A stretch of DNA of 59,462 nucleotides, from UHGV virus genome UHGV-1364420. One strand, given 5' to 3'. A program made the translations under genes and the position numbers. Positions 18,056-27,500 of the stretch are shown piece by piece (positions within the stretch are counted from its first letter, which is position 1; each line of letters begins with the position of its first letter). This DNA comes from a virus. The notes below the pieces were generated by a model. The model did not search any database, was not told the origin of the DNA, and worked only from the letters and a program-made list of their open reading frames with translations.

Positions 18056-20491
18056 ATGAAACAATTCCAAACAGAGTTCGACGGTTATCTTTTCCCGCAA
18101 GAGATAAAAGCTATCCCTCAGTGGGTAGTTTGTTATGCGGATAAGATACCCATGTACTCACCTGGCTATCAGCAGCCACTTGAAAAAGCTTCCCCCACAG
18201 ACCCGAAAACTTGGATGTCATATGCCACAGCAGAACACCTCTGCGAAATGAATGAAGGTCTGTTACCAGGTTTCGTTCTAACCCCTGACGACCCTTTCAC
18301 TGTAATTGATATGGACGTTAAGGAAGACACACCACCTGAACACTCTCAATGGTTCTGGCAGATTGCCCAGGGTGCATTGTCCTATGTTGAATCTTCCGCT
18401 TCCGGGAAGGGCCTACATGTATGGGTTTACGGTAACCACGGTGAAGGTCGTCGCTCCTCTGACTATGGTATTGAACGCTATAGCCAGGAGCGATTCATTA
18501 TCTGTACGGGCAATGTGGTTATAAACGCGCCCATTTCTAACGGAAACGGGGTCTGCGAATACCTTGCTCAGTTTCTTGACGAAAAAGCTAAGATTATCGT
18601 CAAGGTTGAAGACCAGCCACAAGTTCGCTCAGATGAAGATGTCATTAACGATATTCTCAGCTGGGAAAACTCTGATCTGTTTGAGGTTCTTTATTACTCA
18701 CCAATCGCCCGACTTATTCCTACACAATATCCGTCAGGGTCAGAAGCAGATGCGGCGCTTATTAACTTTCTGGTGAAAGCATCCCCAAACAATGCTCAGG
18801 TTATGCGCATCTTCCGGAAAACTCCACTGGCTAACCGTGGACCTAAGCCCGGGCAGAAAGATAAGATCATGGCTGATGATAAATATCTTAGCCGTACGAT
18901 CAACAATATGCGTTCTTACCTGCAAGTAGAAATTCAGCGCAAGCAAGCAGAAACAGAAGCTCTCATCGCTATGTCTCGTAATAACGTACAGGCATGGCTG
19001 GCGAACACTGAAAAAGCCAATGCTCAGAAAGCTGAAATTAAGCAATCGTTAGCGGCTAAAGATGCAGAGTTTGAAGTAGAGAAGGTCGAATATGGCTTCC
19101 CGCCAGGGCCTATTGGTGAAATTGCTAAATGGATTTACAACACTTCAACGCTACCTGTTCCGGTTATCTCTATAACCACAGCACTCGCATTCGCCTCTGC
19201 TCTTACAGCTAAAGGATGGCGATATCGTGATAAGCATCTGAACGCTTACTATATTATCGCAGCGCGTTCAGGAACGGGTAAGAACGCCATGCACTTGGGT
19301 ATCGGGCGCATTGTTAAGAAGATGGTCGAACGTGGGGTGGAGATGAACTCTTTATTTTCATCCGCTGATATGCGTTCCACTATTGCGTGGCGTAAAAAGC
19401 TGTTAGAACAGATCAATTTATGTACGATAATGCCTGAGATTGGCGGTTTGCTGGAAGATCTTAATAACACCGCTAACCCCGCTGCGATGGAGAAGAAAAA
19501 CTTTCTCCTTAACGCCTACTCAGCATCACACGAAGGGATGTTGAGCGGCGGTGCGGAGTATTCCAATAAGGAGAATAACATTGAATCTAATTCGACTGAA
19601 GTTACATTAACAGTCATTGGTGAAACAACCTTAGATTCTCTGTTTAAGAACCTTACAGGTAAGCTGGCCGCTGATGGTTTTATGTCTCGTTTTAACTATG
19701 GTGTTTATGAGGGCTATACAACCAGTCGAAATCTGAATACTCGTTTAGATTTACCTGAATCATTAATAAGCTTGATTCATTATATCTTTGCGCAGCAAGC
19801 GGATTATCAAACTAACGGGCATTCTGTTGAAGTTCAAGAGACTCAAGAAGCCCGCGACAGGCTTTATGAAATCCAGATGTTCTTGGAAGGCAAGCTGGGC
19901 AATGAAGCCAAAATGAATGATGAAACTTTGCGTCAGATCTATAACCGTATTCAGGAAAAGACTGAGCGCATGGCCGGAACGTTCGCAGTATTTGAAAGAC
20001 CTGATCAGCCTATTGTTGAAAAGCATCATGTTGAATGGTCTTATGCTTATATAATGTCTTCTGTTAAGATGATGCTCGATCGCTATAAAAGCGGGGAAAT
20101 TGGTGAAGTTAATGAATCTAAAATCCGTCGTACTGTTGCAAATGCTATACTTCGCTACTGTACCAGCGACCTTTCAGACATTAAGAACGAAATACGCTAT
20201 ATACCCCACCAGAAGCTAAATATATTCTTACGCGGACCCATACTTGCACGATGCCAAGGTCAGCTTTCTCGTGTGGAGCAAACAAGGCGTAACTCCGGAC
20301 CTGCTGAGATACTTCGTCGCACGCTGGTAGATTTTGTTCAGGAAGGTTTAATTGAAGTAATTACAGACGGCGAAAAGTCCGCTCTAGCCACTCCTGCAAG
20401 CGCCGACATTACGCCTATTAATATCAGTAAAAATACTCATGCCTGGCGCGTACTTGATATGGATCAGCTCGAGCGTATTTGTAAGGAATAA
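18056..20491 (+). CDS. DNA primase/helicase (prim-pol-like N-terminal domain plus C-terminal P-loop NTPase)
   Basis: Start at ATG 18056 after AAGGA. The N-terminal part has VIDMDVKED and GKGLHVWVY (prim-pol-like). Walker A AARSGTGKNAMHLG in the C-terminal half. 811 aa. Confidence 0.6.
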   Translation: MKQFQTEFDGYLFPQEIKAIPQWVVCYADKIPMYSPGYQQPLEKASPTDPKTWMSYATAEHLCEMNEGLLPGFVLTPDDPFTVIDMDVKEDTPPEHSQWFWQIAQGALSYVESSASGKGLHVWVYGNHGEGRRSSDYGIERYSQERFIICTGNVVINAPISNGNGVCEYLAQFLDEKAKIIVKVEDQPQVRSDEDVINDILSWENSDLFEVLYYSPIARLIPTQYPSGSEADAALINFLVKASPNNAQVMRIFRKTPLANRGPKPGQKDKIMADDKYLSRTINNMRSYLQVEIQRKQAETEALIAMSRNNVQAWLANTEKANAQKAEIKQSLAAKDAEFEVEKVEYGFPPGPIGEIAKWIYNTSTLPVPVISITTALAFASALTAKGWRYRDKHLNAYYIIAARSGTGKNAMHLGIGRIVKKMVERGVEMNSLFSSADMRSTIAWRKKLLEQINLCTIMPEIGGLLEDLNNTANPAAMEKKNFLLNAYSASHEGMLSGGAEYSNKENNIESNSTEVTLTVIGETTLDSLFKNLTGKLAADGFMSRFNYGVYEGYTTSRNLNTRLDLPESLISLIHYIFAQQADYQTNGHSVEVQETQEARDRLYEIQMFLEGKLGNEAKMNDETLRQIYNRIQEKTERMAGTFAVFERPDQPIVEKHHVEWSYAYIMSSVKMMLDRYKSGEIGEVNESKIRRTVANAILRYCTSDLSDIKNEIRYIPHQKLNIFLRGPILARCQGQLSRVEQTRRNSGPAEILRRTLVDFVQEGLIEVITDGEKSALATPASADITPINISKNTHAWRVLDMDQLERICKE

Positions 20492-20518
20492 CTATGAAAT
20501 TACGTGGAGATATTTAGA

Positions 20519-20980
20519 ATGGTTAATATCCGCGCTAAAGGTCAACGTGGCGAAAGGGATATTGTAAATTGGTGCAACGATATCTATGCTGAAGTTCACG
20601 AGACTTTAGGTATTCCTTTACCGCCAAAGCCTATCGCCCAACGACGCCAGAATCAGTCTGCTGTAGGTGGTATGGATATCGATAATACATGCGGTTATGC
20701 GTTTGAAATCAAAAATCAGGAAAACTTAAATCTGAATACTTGGTGGAAACAATGCGTAACTTCAGCGGCAGAAACCAGGAAGCGCCCTGTTCTGATATAT
20801 AAGGACAAGCGCAAGTGGTCTGTAATGCTTGAGCTCAATCCCTGGGTGCATAACCCTGAAGAGTTTGAGTATTACCACAACAAGGCGCCGATTCGTGCTA
20901 TTATTACGCTCGACGACTTTAAAGATATATTCCGCGCTCATGCGACGGACTTTATTATCACAACCGGAGGCTACACTTAA
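20519..20980 (+). CDS. PD-(D/E)XK nuclease; putative Holliday-junction resolvase
   Basis: GERD ... GGMDIDN ... YAFEIKN gives a D...E.K arrangement. 153 aa, starting from MVNIRAKGQ. Confidence 0.4.
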   Translation: MVNIRAKGQRGERDIVNWCNDIYAEVHETLGIPLPPKPIAQRRQNQSAVGGMDIDNTCGYAFEIKNQENLNLNTWWKQCVTSAAETRKRPVLIYKDKRKWSVMLELNPWVHNPEEFEYYHNKAPIRAIITLDDFKDIFRAHATDFIITTGGYT

Positions 20981-21576
20981 TGAAAGATTTAATTACTAAC
21001 CAGTTGGCTGAAGCGATTTATAAATACAATGTTAAAGCTGGCTGGTGGGATGAACCTGTTCGTCCTGACGGCACTACCCTGGCTTTGATCCATTCCGAAG
21101 TAACCGAAGCATATATTGGCTTTGTACACGATATTCCGGATCATCATTTGCCGCAGTATCAAAACGTAGTAGTAGAGTTAGCAGATGCTGCTATTCGCAT
21201 CTATGATCTGTTTGGGCATAAAGGCTGGAATATTGAAAAAGCTGTTGACGCTGTTCTGCGTTTAGGTGCTGACGATCGCCCTACTCCGGAATATACTCAC
21301 GTCAATTTCCATAAGTATTTCCTGGACATTCACGTTCACATTTCTAACGCCTTAGAAGGTGTGCGCAAGAACCAGGTTATGCAAATCGGTGAAGCTACCG
21401 AAGACGTCCTCGACATTGCTGCATTTGAGTTAGCCATCGCAATGCTTATGATCTACCATGCAGAATGTTGGGGTTGGGATATTCCAAATGCTATTGGCGA
21501 CAAACGCGCCTACAATGCCAATCGTGCAGACCATAAGCGTGAAAACCGCGCTAAAGATGATGGTAAGAAGTTTTAA
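20980..21576 (+). CDS. MazG-like nucleoside triphosphate pyrophosphohydrolase
   Basis: ALIHSEVTEAY and VVELADAAIRIYDL resemble the paired EExxE/D helices of MazG. Confidence 0.45.
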   Translation: MKDLITNQLAEAIYKYNVKAGWWDEPVRPDGTTLALIHSEVTEAYIGFVHDIPDHHLPQYQNVVVELADAAIRIYDLFGHKGWNIEKAVDAVLRLGADDRPTPEYTHVNFHKYFLDIHVHISNALEGVRKNQVMQIGEATEDVLDIAAFELAIAMLMIYHAECWGWDIPNAIGDKRAYNANRADHKRENRAKDDGKKF

Positions 21577-21654
21577 AATCTGATTTGAGTCTTGCCTACG
21601 TTGTTAGTTATTATATACTAATGGTGTAGGCAATAACTTAGATAGGAGATAGAA

Positions 21655-22089
21655 ATGACCCCTAAATTTGACTTCAATGCCGATGATGCCGAAAAAGCCA
21701 CTAATGAAGATATCATGGAGTGGATCGGTGCTAAGAAAGATCTGGCTCGAGCGAAGGCAAAAGAAGCATTACTTCGCCAGAAGATTATTAAAACCTTTTT
21801 CGCAGCACCTAAAGAAGGTACGAACAATTTCGACCTGGGCAACAATTATGGTCTGAAATTTGTCCATAAACTACAACGCGATGTTGACGATGCTATGTTG
21901 ACTAACCTTCTTCCATCTTTGCGTGAGAAAGGTATTGACGTTGACCAATTAATTGAACGCAAACCTTCTCTCAAAATCAAAAACTGGCGCGAGCTGGACG
22001 AAGAACAGCATAAGATTTTCGATCAGTGCGTAACCACAAAACCTGCGAGCGGTACTCTCGAATTTATTAAGCCGAAAGGCGTTGAATAA
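21655..22089 (+). CDS. Hypothetical protein
   Basis: 144 aa, followed by an intrinsic terminator. Confidence 0.4.
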   Translation: MTPKFDFNADDAEKATNEDIMEWIGAKKDLARAKAKEALLRQKIIKTFFAAPKEGTNNFDLGNNYGLKFVHKLQRDVDDAMLTNLLPSLREKGIDVDQLIERKPSLKIKNWRELDEEQHKIFDQCVTTKPASGTLEFIKPKGVE

Positions 22090-22096
22090 CTGAAAC

Positions 22097-22118
22097 AGAG
22101 GGCTTCGGCCCTCTTTTG
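22097..22118 (+). terminator. Rho-independent terminator
   Basis: AGAGGGC-TTCG-GCCCTCT followed by TTTT. Confidence 0.6.
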
Positions 22119-22126
22119 GAAAAATA

Positions 22127-22684
22127 ATGAAGAAAAATAATAATACAGTTACCATCATTGCAGATGCCTCTTTCTGTTCTGAATCTAAAGCAGCTGGATA
22201 CGGTGTATGGATAGCAACCGATAATAATGGTCGCCACGGTTTTGAAGGTACTTTAGACAAGCCTTTTGATAATAACGTCGCAGAAGCAATGGCAATTGCA
22301 AACTCTTTATGGCACGGGTTCTCTACCGGAATGCTTGTTAAGAGTGATATTATTCTTATTCAGTCCGATAGCCTGACTGCAATTCGAGTATTAAGCAAAA
22401 AACAAGAGCCCTATTGTGAGCAGCTTAAAAGCGTTTTGAAGTACGTCCTGGGGCTCGTAGATCGCTTTGGTATTGTGTTGCGGTACAAACATGTACCAGG
22501 GCATACTATTGGCGATAATAACCGCACAAAGGCTCAGAACCATTGCGACGCTGCTGCTAAGCGCCAGATGCAAATACAAAGAGCGGCAATGCGGGGAGAA
22601 ATATGCGTACCTGTCCAGGGACGTAAGAAAAAACCTCAATCATCCAATTATTTACGTTCTCGCCGGAGATTTACAAATGGCTAA
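22127..22684 (+). CDS. RNase H-like protein
   Basis: N-terminal IIADASFCSESKAAGYGVWI resembles the RNase HI DGS...G.GG.G block. Confidence 0.45.
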   Translation: MKKNNNTVTIIADASFCSESKAAGYGVWIATDNNGRHGFEGTLDKPFDNNVAEAMAIANSLWHGFSTGMLVKSDIILIQSDSLTAIRVLSKKQEPYCEQLKSVLKYVLGLVDRFGIVLRYKHVPGHTIGDNNRTKAQNHCDAAAKRQMQIQRAAMRGEICVPVQGRKKKPQSSNYLRSRRRFTNG

Positions 22685-23627
22685 ACAATTCCGCGCCTAC
22701 CGTGCGGTTAATACTGATCTTTCGATGGTGCGTTATCCGACCTGGATTATGCCTAAGATTGACGGTGTTCGTGGGCTTAATCCTTTTGGTACTTTGCTGA
22801 CTAGAACTTTATCTTTAATGCCTAATGTTTTCACTCGTGAGAACTTTAGCAAGCCTCTTTATCAGGGGTACGATATGGAACTGGCGGCAGGCTTAGAAAC
22901 TGATGACGATCTTTGTCGTAAAACAGTTTCCGCTGTAATGTCGCAAGACGGCGAACCTATGGTAATTGGACACGTTTTTGATCTTTGTGATCCGTCGGTT
23001 CAACATCTTCCTTATCGCGAACGTTATGCAATGCTCAAAAACTGGATTGAGTTTCAGCATAGCATAGGACAACTAGAAGATCTTCAGGTTGTTCCTTACG
23101 TTGAAGTTAATAATGAAGAGGAGTTATTGGCGCAAGAAGCAATCTGGTTAGACATGGGTTATGAGGGATTGATTCAACGTGACCCAGATGCAAAATATAA
23201 ATGGGGTAAGTGTACACCTAAGCAGTGTAACTATACTCGACGTAAACCGTATGAAGATACGGAAGGTTATCTCATGGATGTATTTGAAGCTGAGGAGAAT
23301 TTAAATGAGGCTTTTACCGATGCCCAGGGTCTCACAAAGAGAAGTACACACCAAGCCAATAAAGTTGGCAAAGGTATGTCTGGCGCTCTTATGGTTAAGC
23401 GTCTTGATACTGGCGATATGGCGCGTATTGGACCTGGTAAAATGACCCATGCGGAGCGTATTGAGCTCTGGGAGAAATGGCAGTCTGGTGAAATACAGCC
23501 AGGCGAAAAAATAATTAAGTTCCGTCATTTCCCTATCGGTGTAAAAGAGAAGCCTCGTCAAGCACGTTATTTATCTTGGCGTGATATTAATGATATCCTA
23601 CCACCGGAGGCGGACGACGATGAATAA
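22677..23627 (+). CDS. ATP-dependent DNA ligase
   Basis: Motif I KxDGxR: MPKIDGVRG. Start placed at ATG 22677 (MAKQFRAY). Confidence 0.75.
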   Translation: MAKQFRAYRAVNTDLSMVRYPTWIMPKIDGVRGLNPFGTLLTRTLSLMPNVFTRENFSKPLYQGYDMELAAGLETDDDLCRKTVSAVMSQDGEPMVIGHVFDLCDPSVQHLPYRERYAMLKNWIEFQHSIGQLEDLQVVPYVEVNNEEELLAQEAIWLDMGYEGLIQRDPDAKYKWGKCTPKQCNYTRRKPYEDTEGYLMDVFEAEENLNEAFTDAQGLTKRSTHQANKVGKGMSGALMVKRLDTGDMARIGPGKMTHAERIELWEKWQSGEIQPGEKIIKFRHFPIGVKEKPRQARYLSWRDINDILPPEADDDE

Positions 23628-23883
23628 AGAGCAAGCGACATCTTTATGGGCTCAAGTACAAGAGAACCAGCGAAAATTGAGATCCTGTACTGGTCATAAA
23701 TTTGGCGATGTTTTGGGTTCAACCACTATACCTCCAAATCCAGGTTTCGAATGCAAGATGTGCGGTGGGTATATGAAAGCTCACGATATCTATATTTATG
23801 CGTTGGGTTATAAAGCTGGCGGAGGGAATCCTGACGATGTTGCCCGTTTCGTAGACGGAGAATCTTTAAATGATTACAATTGA
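23620..23883 (+). CDS. Zinc-ribbon protein
   Basis: CTGHKFGD ... CKMCGGY. Start at ATG 23620. Confidence 0.35.
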   Translation: MNKEQATSLWAQVQENQRKLRSCTGHKFGDVLGSTTIPPNPGFECKMCGGYMKAHDIYIYALGYKAGGGNPDDVARFVDGESLNDYN

Positions 23884-23934
23884 TATTTTCTGGTATTCTT
23901 TTTATTGCTAGGCGCAAAAAGCATCTAATATCAC

Positions 23935-23963
23935 TTGGCTCAAATAGTCAACCGCAGTATAAT
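23935..23963 (+). promoter_or_regulatory. Strong sigma70 consensus-like promoter
   Basis: TTGGCT, a 17-nt spacer, then TATAAT. Reads into the ORF starting at 24007. Confidence 0.45.
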
Positions 23964-24006
23964 ATATCTAAGGCCTCGTTGTGAGGTCATTATAGGAGAT
24001 ACAGAG

Positions 24007-24375
24007 ATGAAAAGAGTAACAGCAAACCTGATAGAGTCTGTAGCCTTTCTGGGCTGTTCTTACGTAAGTAGTGTAAACGCAGCCACTGTACCCGACTGCG
24101 ATACGATCGCTGCGGAGAACTTTGACAAATATTACGGCAAAGGGTACGCCAGTATCCGAGACTATATTATTGAGCAAGATGTAGAAGTGTGTACCATGGG
24201 CGCTTCCCTCAAAAAGGATGGGGCCACCAGAGAAGAAGTCGAAAAGATGTTAGGCGAAGTCCGTGACAAGAGCATTGAGGTAGCGGTTACTGAGCGTAAG
24301 AAACGCGAAATCATCGAGACGGTGGATCGGAAAAGAGAAGTGTTCCTGGCCGGTTATGATGGTTATAGTAAGTGA
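24007..24375 (+). CDS. Putative secreted protein or lipoprotein
   Basis: Start at ATG 24007 after GGAGAT. N-terminal MKRVTANLIESVAFLGCSYVSSVNAA resembles a signal peptide with a lipobox-like FLGC. Confidence 0.35.
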   Translation: MKRVTANLIESVAFLGCSYVSSVNAATVPDCDTIAAENFDKYYGKGYASIRDYIIEQDVEVCTMGASLKKDGATREEVEKMLGEVRDKSIEVAVTERKKREIIETVDRKREVFLAGYDGYSK

Positions 24376-24397
24376 ATATCGGGCGGGGAATTTTTAA

Positions 24398-24733
24398 ATG
24401 GGTAAAGAACGGATGGCGCTGGAAGTTATCAATAACTCAGCGTACAATGAATTTCCGGATATTATTACAACCATACAGCTTTCAATGTGGTTCGCTAAGA
24501 ACGAGCTTCGACCTGTTCCGGAAGCGATGAGGCATACTGCTCGCGAGTGTTTAAAGCGTGCGGTAAATCCTCATTTGCGTAGAACTTTGTTGGATATGTC
24601 AAGCTCTGTCGACCCTACCTTGGAAATGGCCAATCTATATATTTGCCAGCTTAAAATGCGTGACGAGCTGGCTGAAGAATTAAAGGGTAAGGTGATACGC
24701 CAACGAGATTTAAATCATCTTCGTAAGCTGTAA
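24398..24733 (+). CDS. Hypothetical protein
   Basis: 111 aa ORF. Confidence 0.35.
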   Translation: MGKERMALEVINNSAYNEFPDIITTIQLSMWFAKNELRPVPEAMRHTARECLKRAVNPHLRRTLLDMSSSVDPTLEMANLYICQLKMRDELAEELKGKVIRQRDLNHLRKL

Positions 24734-24836
24734 GCCAGATATTGTGGTTACATTAAAGAGAAGCGTCCATATAAACAGGTTGCAGATCTAAAATATAATC
24801 GCTTAAACTAACCACCCCAAGACAAAAGGTAGCGTT

Positions 24837-25571
24837 ATGGCTATTCAAGTGGTTTATTCGAGTCAGATTGTCGCAGACTCGGGCGTTAAAATGATTAATT
24901 ACGCTGAAGCGGGTATGGGTAAGACGGCTCTTATGGCCACATTACCGCGACCTGTCATTATTTCAGCGGAGGGCGGTTTATTGTCCTTGCAAAAGGAAAA
25001 CTTAGATCGTATCTTCGGGCCGACCGGTTTACCTTATTCCACTGACTTCATGACTATTGTTGTCAAAACTGTTGCAGAGCTTGAAGAAGCTTATGCGTGG
25101 TGTATTCATCCGGATACTCAAGCTCATTTTGATTCGATTGGTATTGACTCTTTATCTGAGCTAGGTGAAATTGCACTTGCCGAATATAAGCCGAAACATA
25201 AAGACCCTCGTAAAGCTTATGGCGATATGCAAGACAAGATCCTGGAAATGGTCAAGAAGTTCCGTGATATTCCTGGTAAGCATGTTTATATGTCTGCTAA
25301 GCTCGGAAAGGAAAAGGACGAAGTTACAGGCCAATTCCTTTGGGGACCTAAAATGCCAGGTCAACAGTTAGGTCCCGCACTTCCTTATCTGTTTGATGAA
25401 GTATTTCGATATCAGGTTATGCCTGGTGCCGATGGTAGTAAGCAACGAGTTTTACAAACTCAACCAGGATTAAACGATAGTGCAAAAGATCGGTCAGGAG
25501 CACTCGCTGAGTTCGAGTTTCCTCACCTGGGTTATATCATTAACAAGATCAAATCAAAAGGTAATCAATAA
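24837..25571 (+). CDS. Sak4-like RecA/AAA-family recombination ATPase
   Basis: Walker A AEAGMGKTALM. Size and position upstream of a DUF669/SSB-like gene are typical of phage Sak4 modules. Confidence 0.5.
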   Translation: MAIQVVYSSQIVADSGVKMINYAEAGMGKTALMATLPRPVIISAEGGLLSLQKENLDRIFGPTGLPYSTDFMTIVVKTVAELEEAYAWCIHPDTQAHFDSIGIDSLSELGEIALAEYKPKHKDPRKAYGDMQDKILEMVKKFRDIPGKHVYMSAKLGKEKDEVTGQFLWGPKMPGQQLGPALPYLFDEVFRYQVMPGADGSKQRVLQTQPGLNDSAKDRSGALAEFEFPHLGYIINKIKSKGNQ

Positions 25572-26524
25572 TGGCTCAATTCCAATTTGATGCTAGCCAA
25601 CACGCTGGCGCCGCGATGAACTTCGAAGCACTGCCTAAAGGTTGGTATCAGGCGGTAATCATCGAATCGAAATCGCGTACTACTAGCTCCGGCGGTCAAT
25701 CTCTCGATTTCGTTGCTGAAATCACCGCACCGGCTTTTGCGAAAGGTCGTAAAGTATTCCTCGACTATAACGTCGTCAACTCAAGTGAAGACGCTGTTCG
25801 TATTGGCCATGAGCAGTTGGCAGCTCTTTCTATGGCATGTCAACATCCTCGTTGGTCTCAAACTGAAGAGCTTCACAATAAGCCCTTCCATATCAAACTG
25901 AAAATTGATAAGGCGCCGGAAGGCTCCGATTTCGAAGATCGTAACAAAGCCAACGGCTACGACATGATTACCGTTAATCGCGCTCTGGCGGTTCAACCTG
26001 GTTCGCGTCCTGCTGGTGCTGCTCCTGCGTCTGCTCCGTTCCCTGGTGCTGCTCCTGCGTCTGCTCCGTTCCCTGGTGCTGCTCCTGCTGTCCCGGCCCA
26101 ACCTGCTGCCGTACCTGCTGCCCCGGCCGCAGCTCAACCAGCGCCCGCGGCTCCTGCTCAACCTTGGCAGAACAGCCCGCAACCGTGGGAACAACCACAA
26201 GCAGCTCAACCTGCTCCTGTTACCCCGGCGCCAGCACCGCAACCTGCTCCGGCACCTGCTCAGCCAGTAAAATCCCCTGAGCAAATTGCATGGGAACAGC
26301 AGCAAGCAGCAGCCTCCCAGCAGCTTGCTCCGGCCCCGGTTCAACAGCCTGTACCTGAACAACCTGCTCCGGTACAGCAGCCAGCAGCAACGCCGCCGTG
26401 GGCAACGCAAACCGCGCAACCCGCGCCGCAGCAAGCGCCAGCAGCCCAAGCAGCACCTGCTGCCGCTGAGCCTCCGCACCCGGCTCAGGCACAACTTCCG
26501 CCGTGGCAGCAGCCGCAAGCCTAA
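25571..26524 (+). CDS. DUF669/SSB-like recombination-associated protein with a long Pro/Ala/Gln-rich C-terminal tail
   Basis: Globular N-terminal part of about 150 aa, then about 170 aa of low-complexity sequence. Partner position next to Sak4. Confidence 0.45.
   Translation: MAQFQFDASQHAGAAMNFEALPKGWYQAVIIESKSRTTSSGGQSLDFVAEITAPAFAKGRKVFLDYNVVNSSEDAVRIGHEQLAALSMACQHPRWSQTEELHNKPFHIKLKIDKAPEGSDFEDRNKANGYDMITVNRALAVQPGSRPAGAAPASAPFPGAAPASAPFPGAAPAVPAQPAAVPAAPAAAQPAPAAPAQPWQNSPQPWEQPQAAQPAPVTPAPAPQPAPAPAQPVKSPEQIAWEQQQAAASQQLAPAPVQQPVPEQPAPVQQPAATPPWATQTAQPAPQQAPAAQAAPAAAEPPHPAQAQLPPWQQPQA
26011..26088 (+). repeat. 30-bp tandem repeat, about 2.6 copies, encoding PGAAPASAPF units
   Basis: ccctggtgctgctcctgcgtctgctccgtt repeated, read directly. 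Confidence 0.7.
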
Positions 26525-26542
26525 TCACTCTCCAGTAATTAA

Positions 26543-26566
26543 TAGCGCCTCCGGGCGCTATTTTTA
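26543..26566 (+). terminator. Rho-independent terminator
   Basis: TAGCGCC-TCCG-GGCGCTA followed by TTTTTA. Confidence 0.55.
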
Positions 26567-26581
26567 TCTAAGGATAATGAG

Positions 26582-27499
26582 ATGCCAATTTATTTAGCAG
26601 AAAAGACTAAAAACTTAATCGACCAAAAAATAGAAGAAGACCAAGGTTCGAAATATCGAGAGTGGTTGGGTAAAGTAATACCAACAATTAGCGACGCCTT
26701 TGACCCGCGAAACGGCAGACGATCTCATTTAGGGGTATCCACGATCGGCGACCCTTGCGCCCGTAAATTGTTCTTTCAGTTTCGTTGGGTAGCAAGACCT
26801 AAACACCATGGTCGTATTATTCGCTTGTTTAACCGCGGGCACATGGAGGAAGGTCGTTTCATTGCTATGCTGTTAACTGCGGGATTTAAAGTCTGGCAGC
26901 AAGATGCAGAAGGTAATCAATTTCGTATTAGCGAACTAGGCGGTCATTTTGGCTCTGCTATTGATGGCATTGTTGTTGGTTGTCCCGATATGCCCGATCC
27001 AAATCAAGCTATATTGACTGAAATGAAGACCCACGGCGATAAAAGCTTTAAGAAACTTTTAAAGGATGGTATGAAAGTTTCTAAGCCAATGCACTATGCA
27101 CAGGTCCAGGTATATATGCGAAAGATGGGTTTAGCGGCTTGTTTATACATCGCAGTAAATAAAAACGACGATGAAATATATTGCGAATTAATCCCTCTCG
27201 ATGCCGCTGTAGCAGACCAATTCATTGACCGTGGATGTAAGGTTGTAATGGCTGAGGAACCTCCTGTAGGATTAAGTACGAAAGGTGCTAGCTGGTTTGA
27301 ATGTAAGATGTGTGATTTCTCCGATAACTGCTACAGAAATGAGCCACCTTTAGTTAGCTGTAGAACTTGTTCTTATTCCAGGGTTGTTGAAGATGGTACT
27401 TGGAAATGTATTAACCCTGTAGTAAACAGAACAATAACAACAGATGAACAAATAGCCGCATGTTCTCATTACGAAATGGCCAATTATTACGGTAGATAA
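26582..27499 (+). CDS. PD-(D/E)XK exonuclease with a C-terminal Cys cluster (Cas4/RecB-like)
   Basis: 305 aa. C-terminal CKMCDFSDNC ... CRTCSY ... C four-Cys cluster typical of Cas4-like nucleases. Lies in the recombination module. Confidence 0.45.
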   Translation: MPIYLAEKTKNLIDQKIEEDQGSKYREWLGKVIPTISDAFDPRNGRRSHLGVSTIGDPCARKLFFQFRWVARPKHHGRIIRLFNRGHMEEGRFIAMLLTAGFKVWQQDAEGNQFRISELGGHFGSAIDGIVVGCPDMPDPNQAILTEMKTHGDKSFKKLLKDGMKVSKPMHYAQVQVYMRKMGLAACLYIAVNKNDDEIYCELIPLDAAVADQFIDRGCKVVMAEEPPVGLSTKGASWFECKMCDFSDNCYRNEPPLVSCRTCSYSRVVEDGTWKCINPVVNRTITTDEQIAACSHYEMANYYGR

Positions 27500-27500
27500 A

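Noticed and set aside
25781-26528. Long minus-strand ORFs (245, 102 and 74 aa) and an 84-aa plus-frame ORF over the Pro/Ala/Gln-rich region
   Set aside because: They are shadow frames created by the GC-rich repetitive coding of the low-complexity tail. Their translations are Arg, Leu and Cys-rich nonsense with no RBS.
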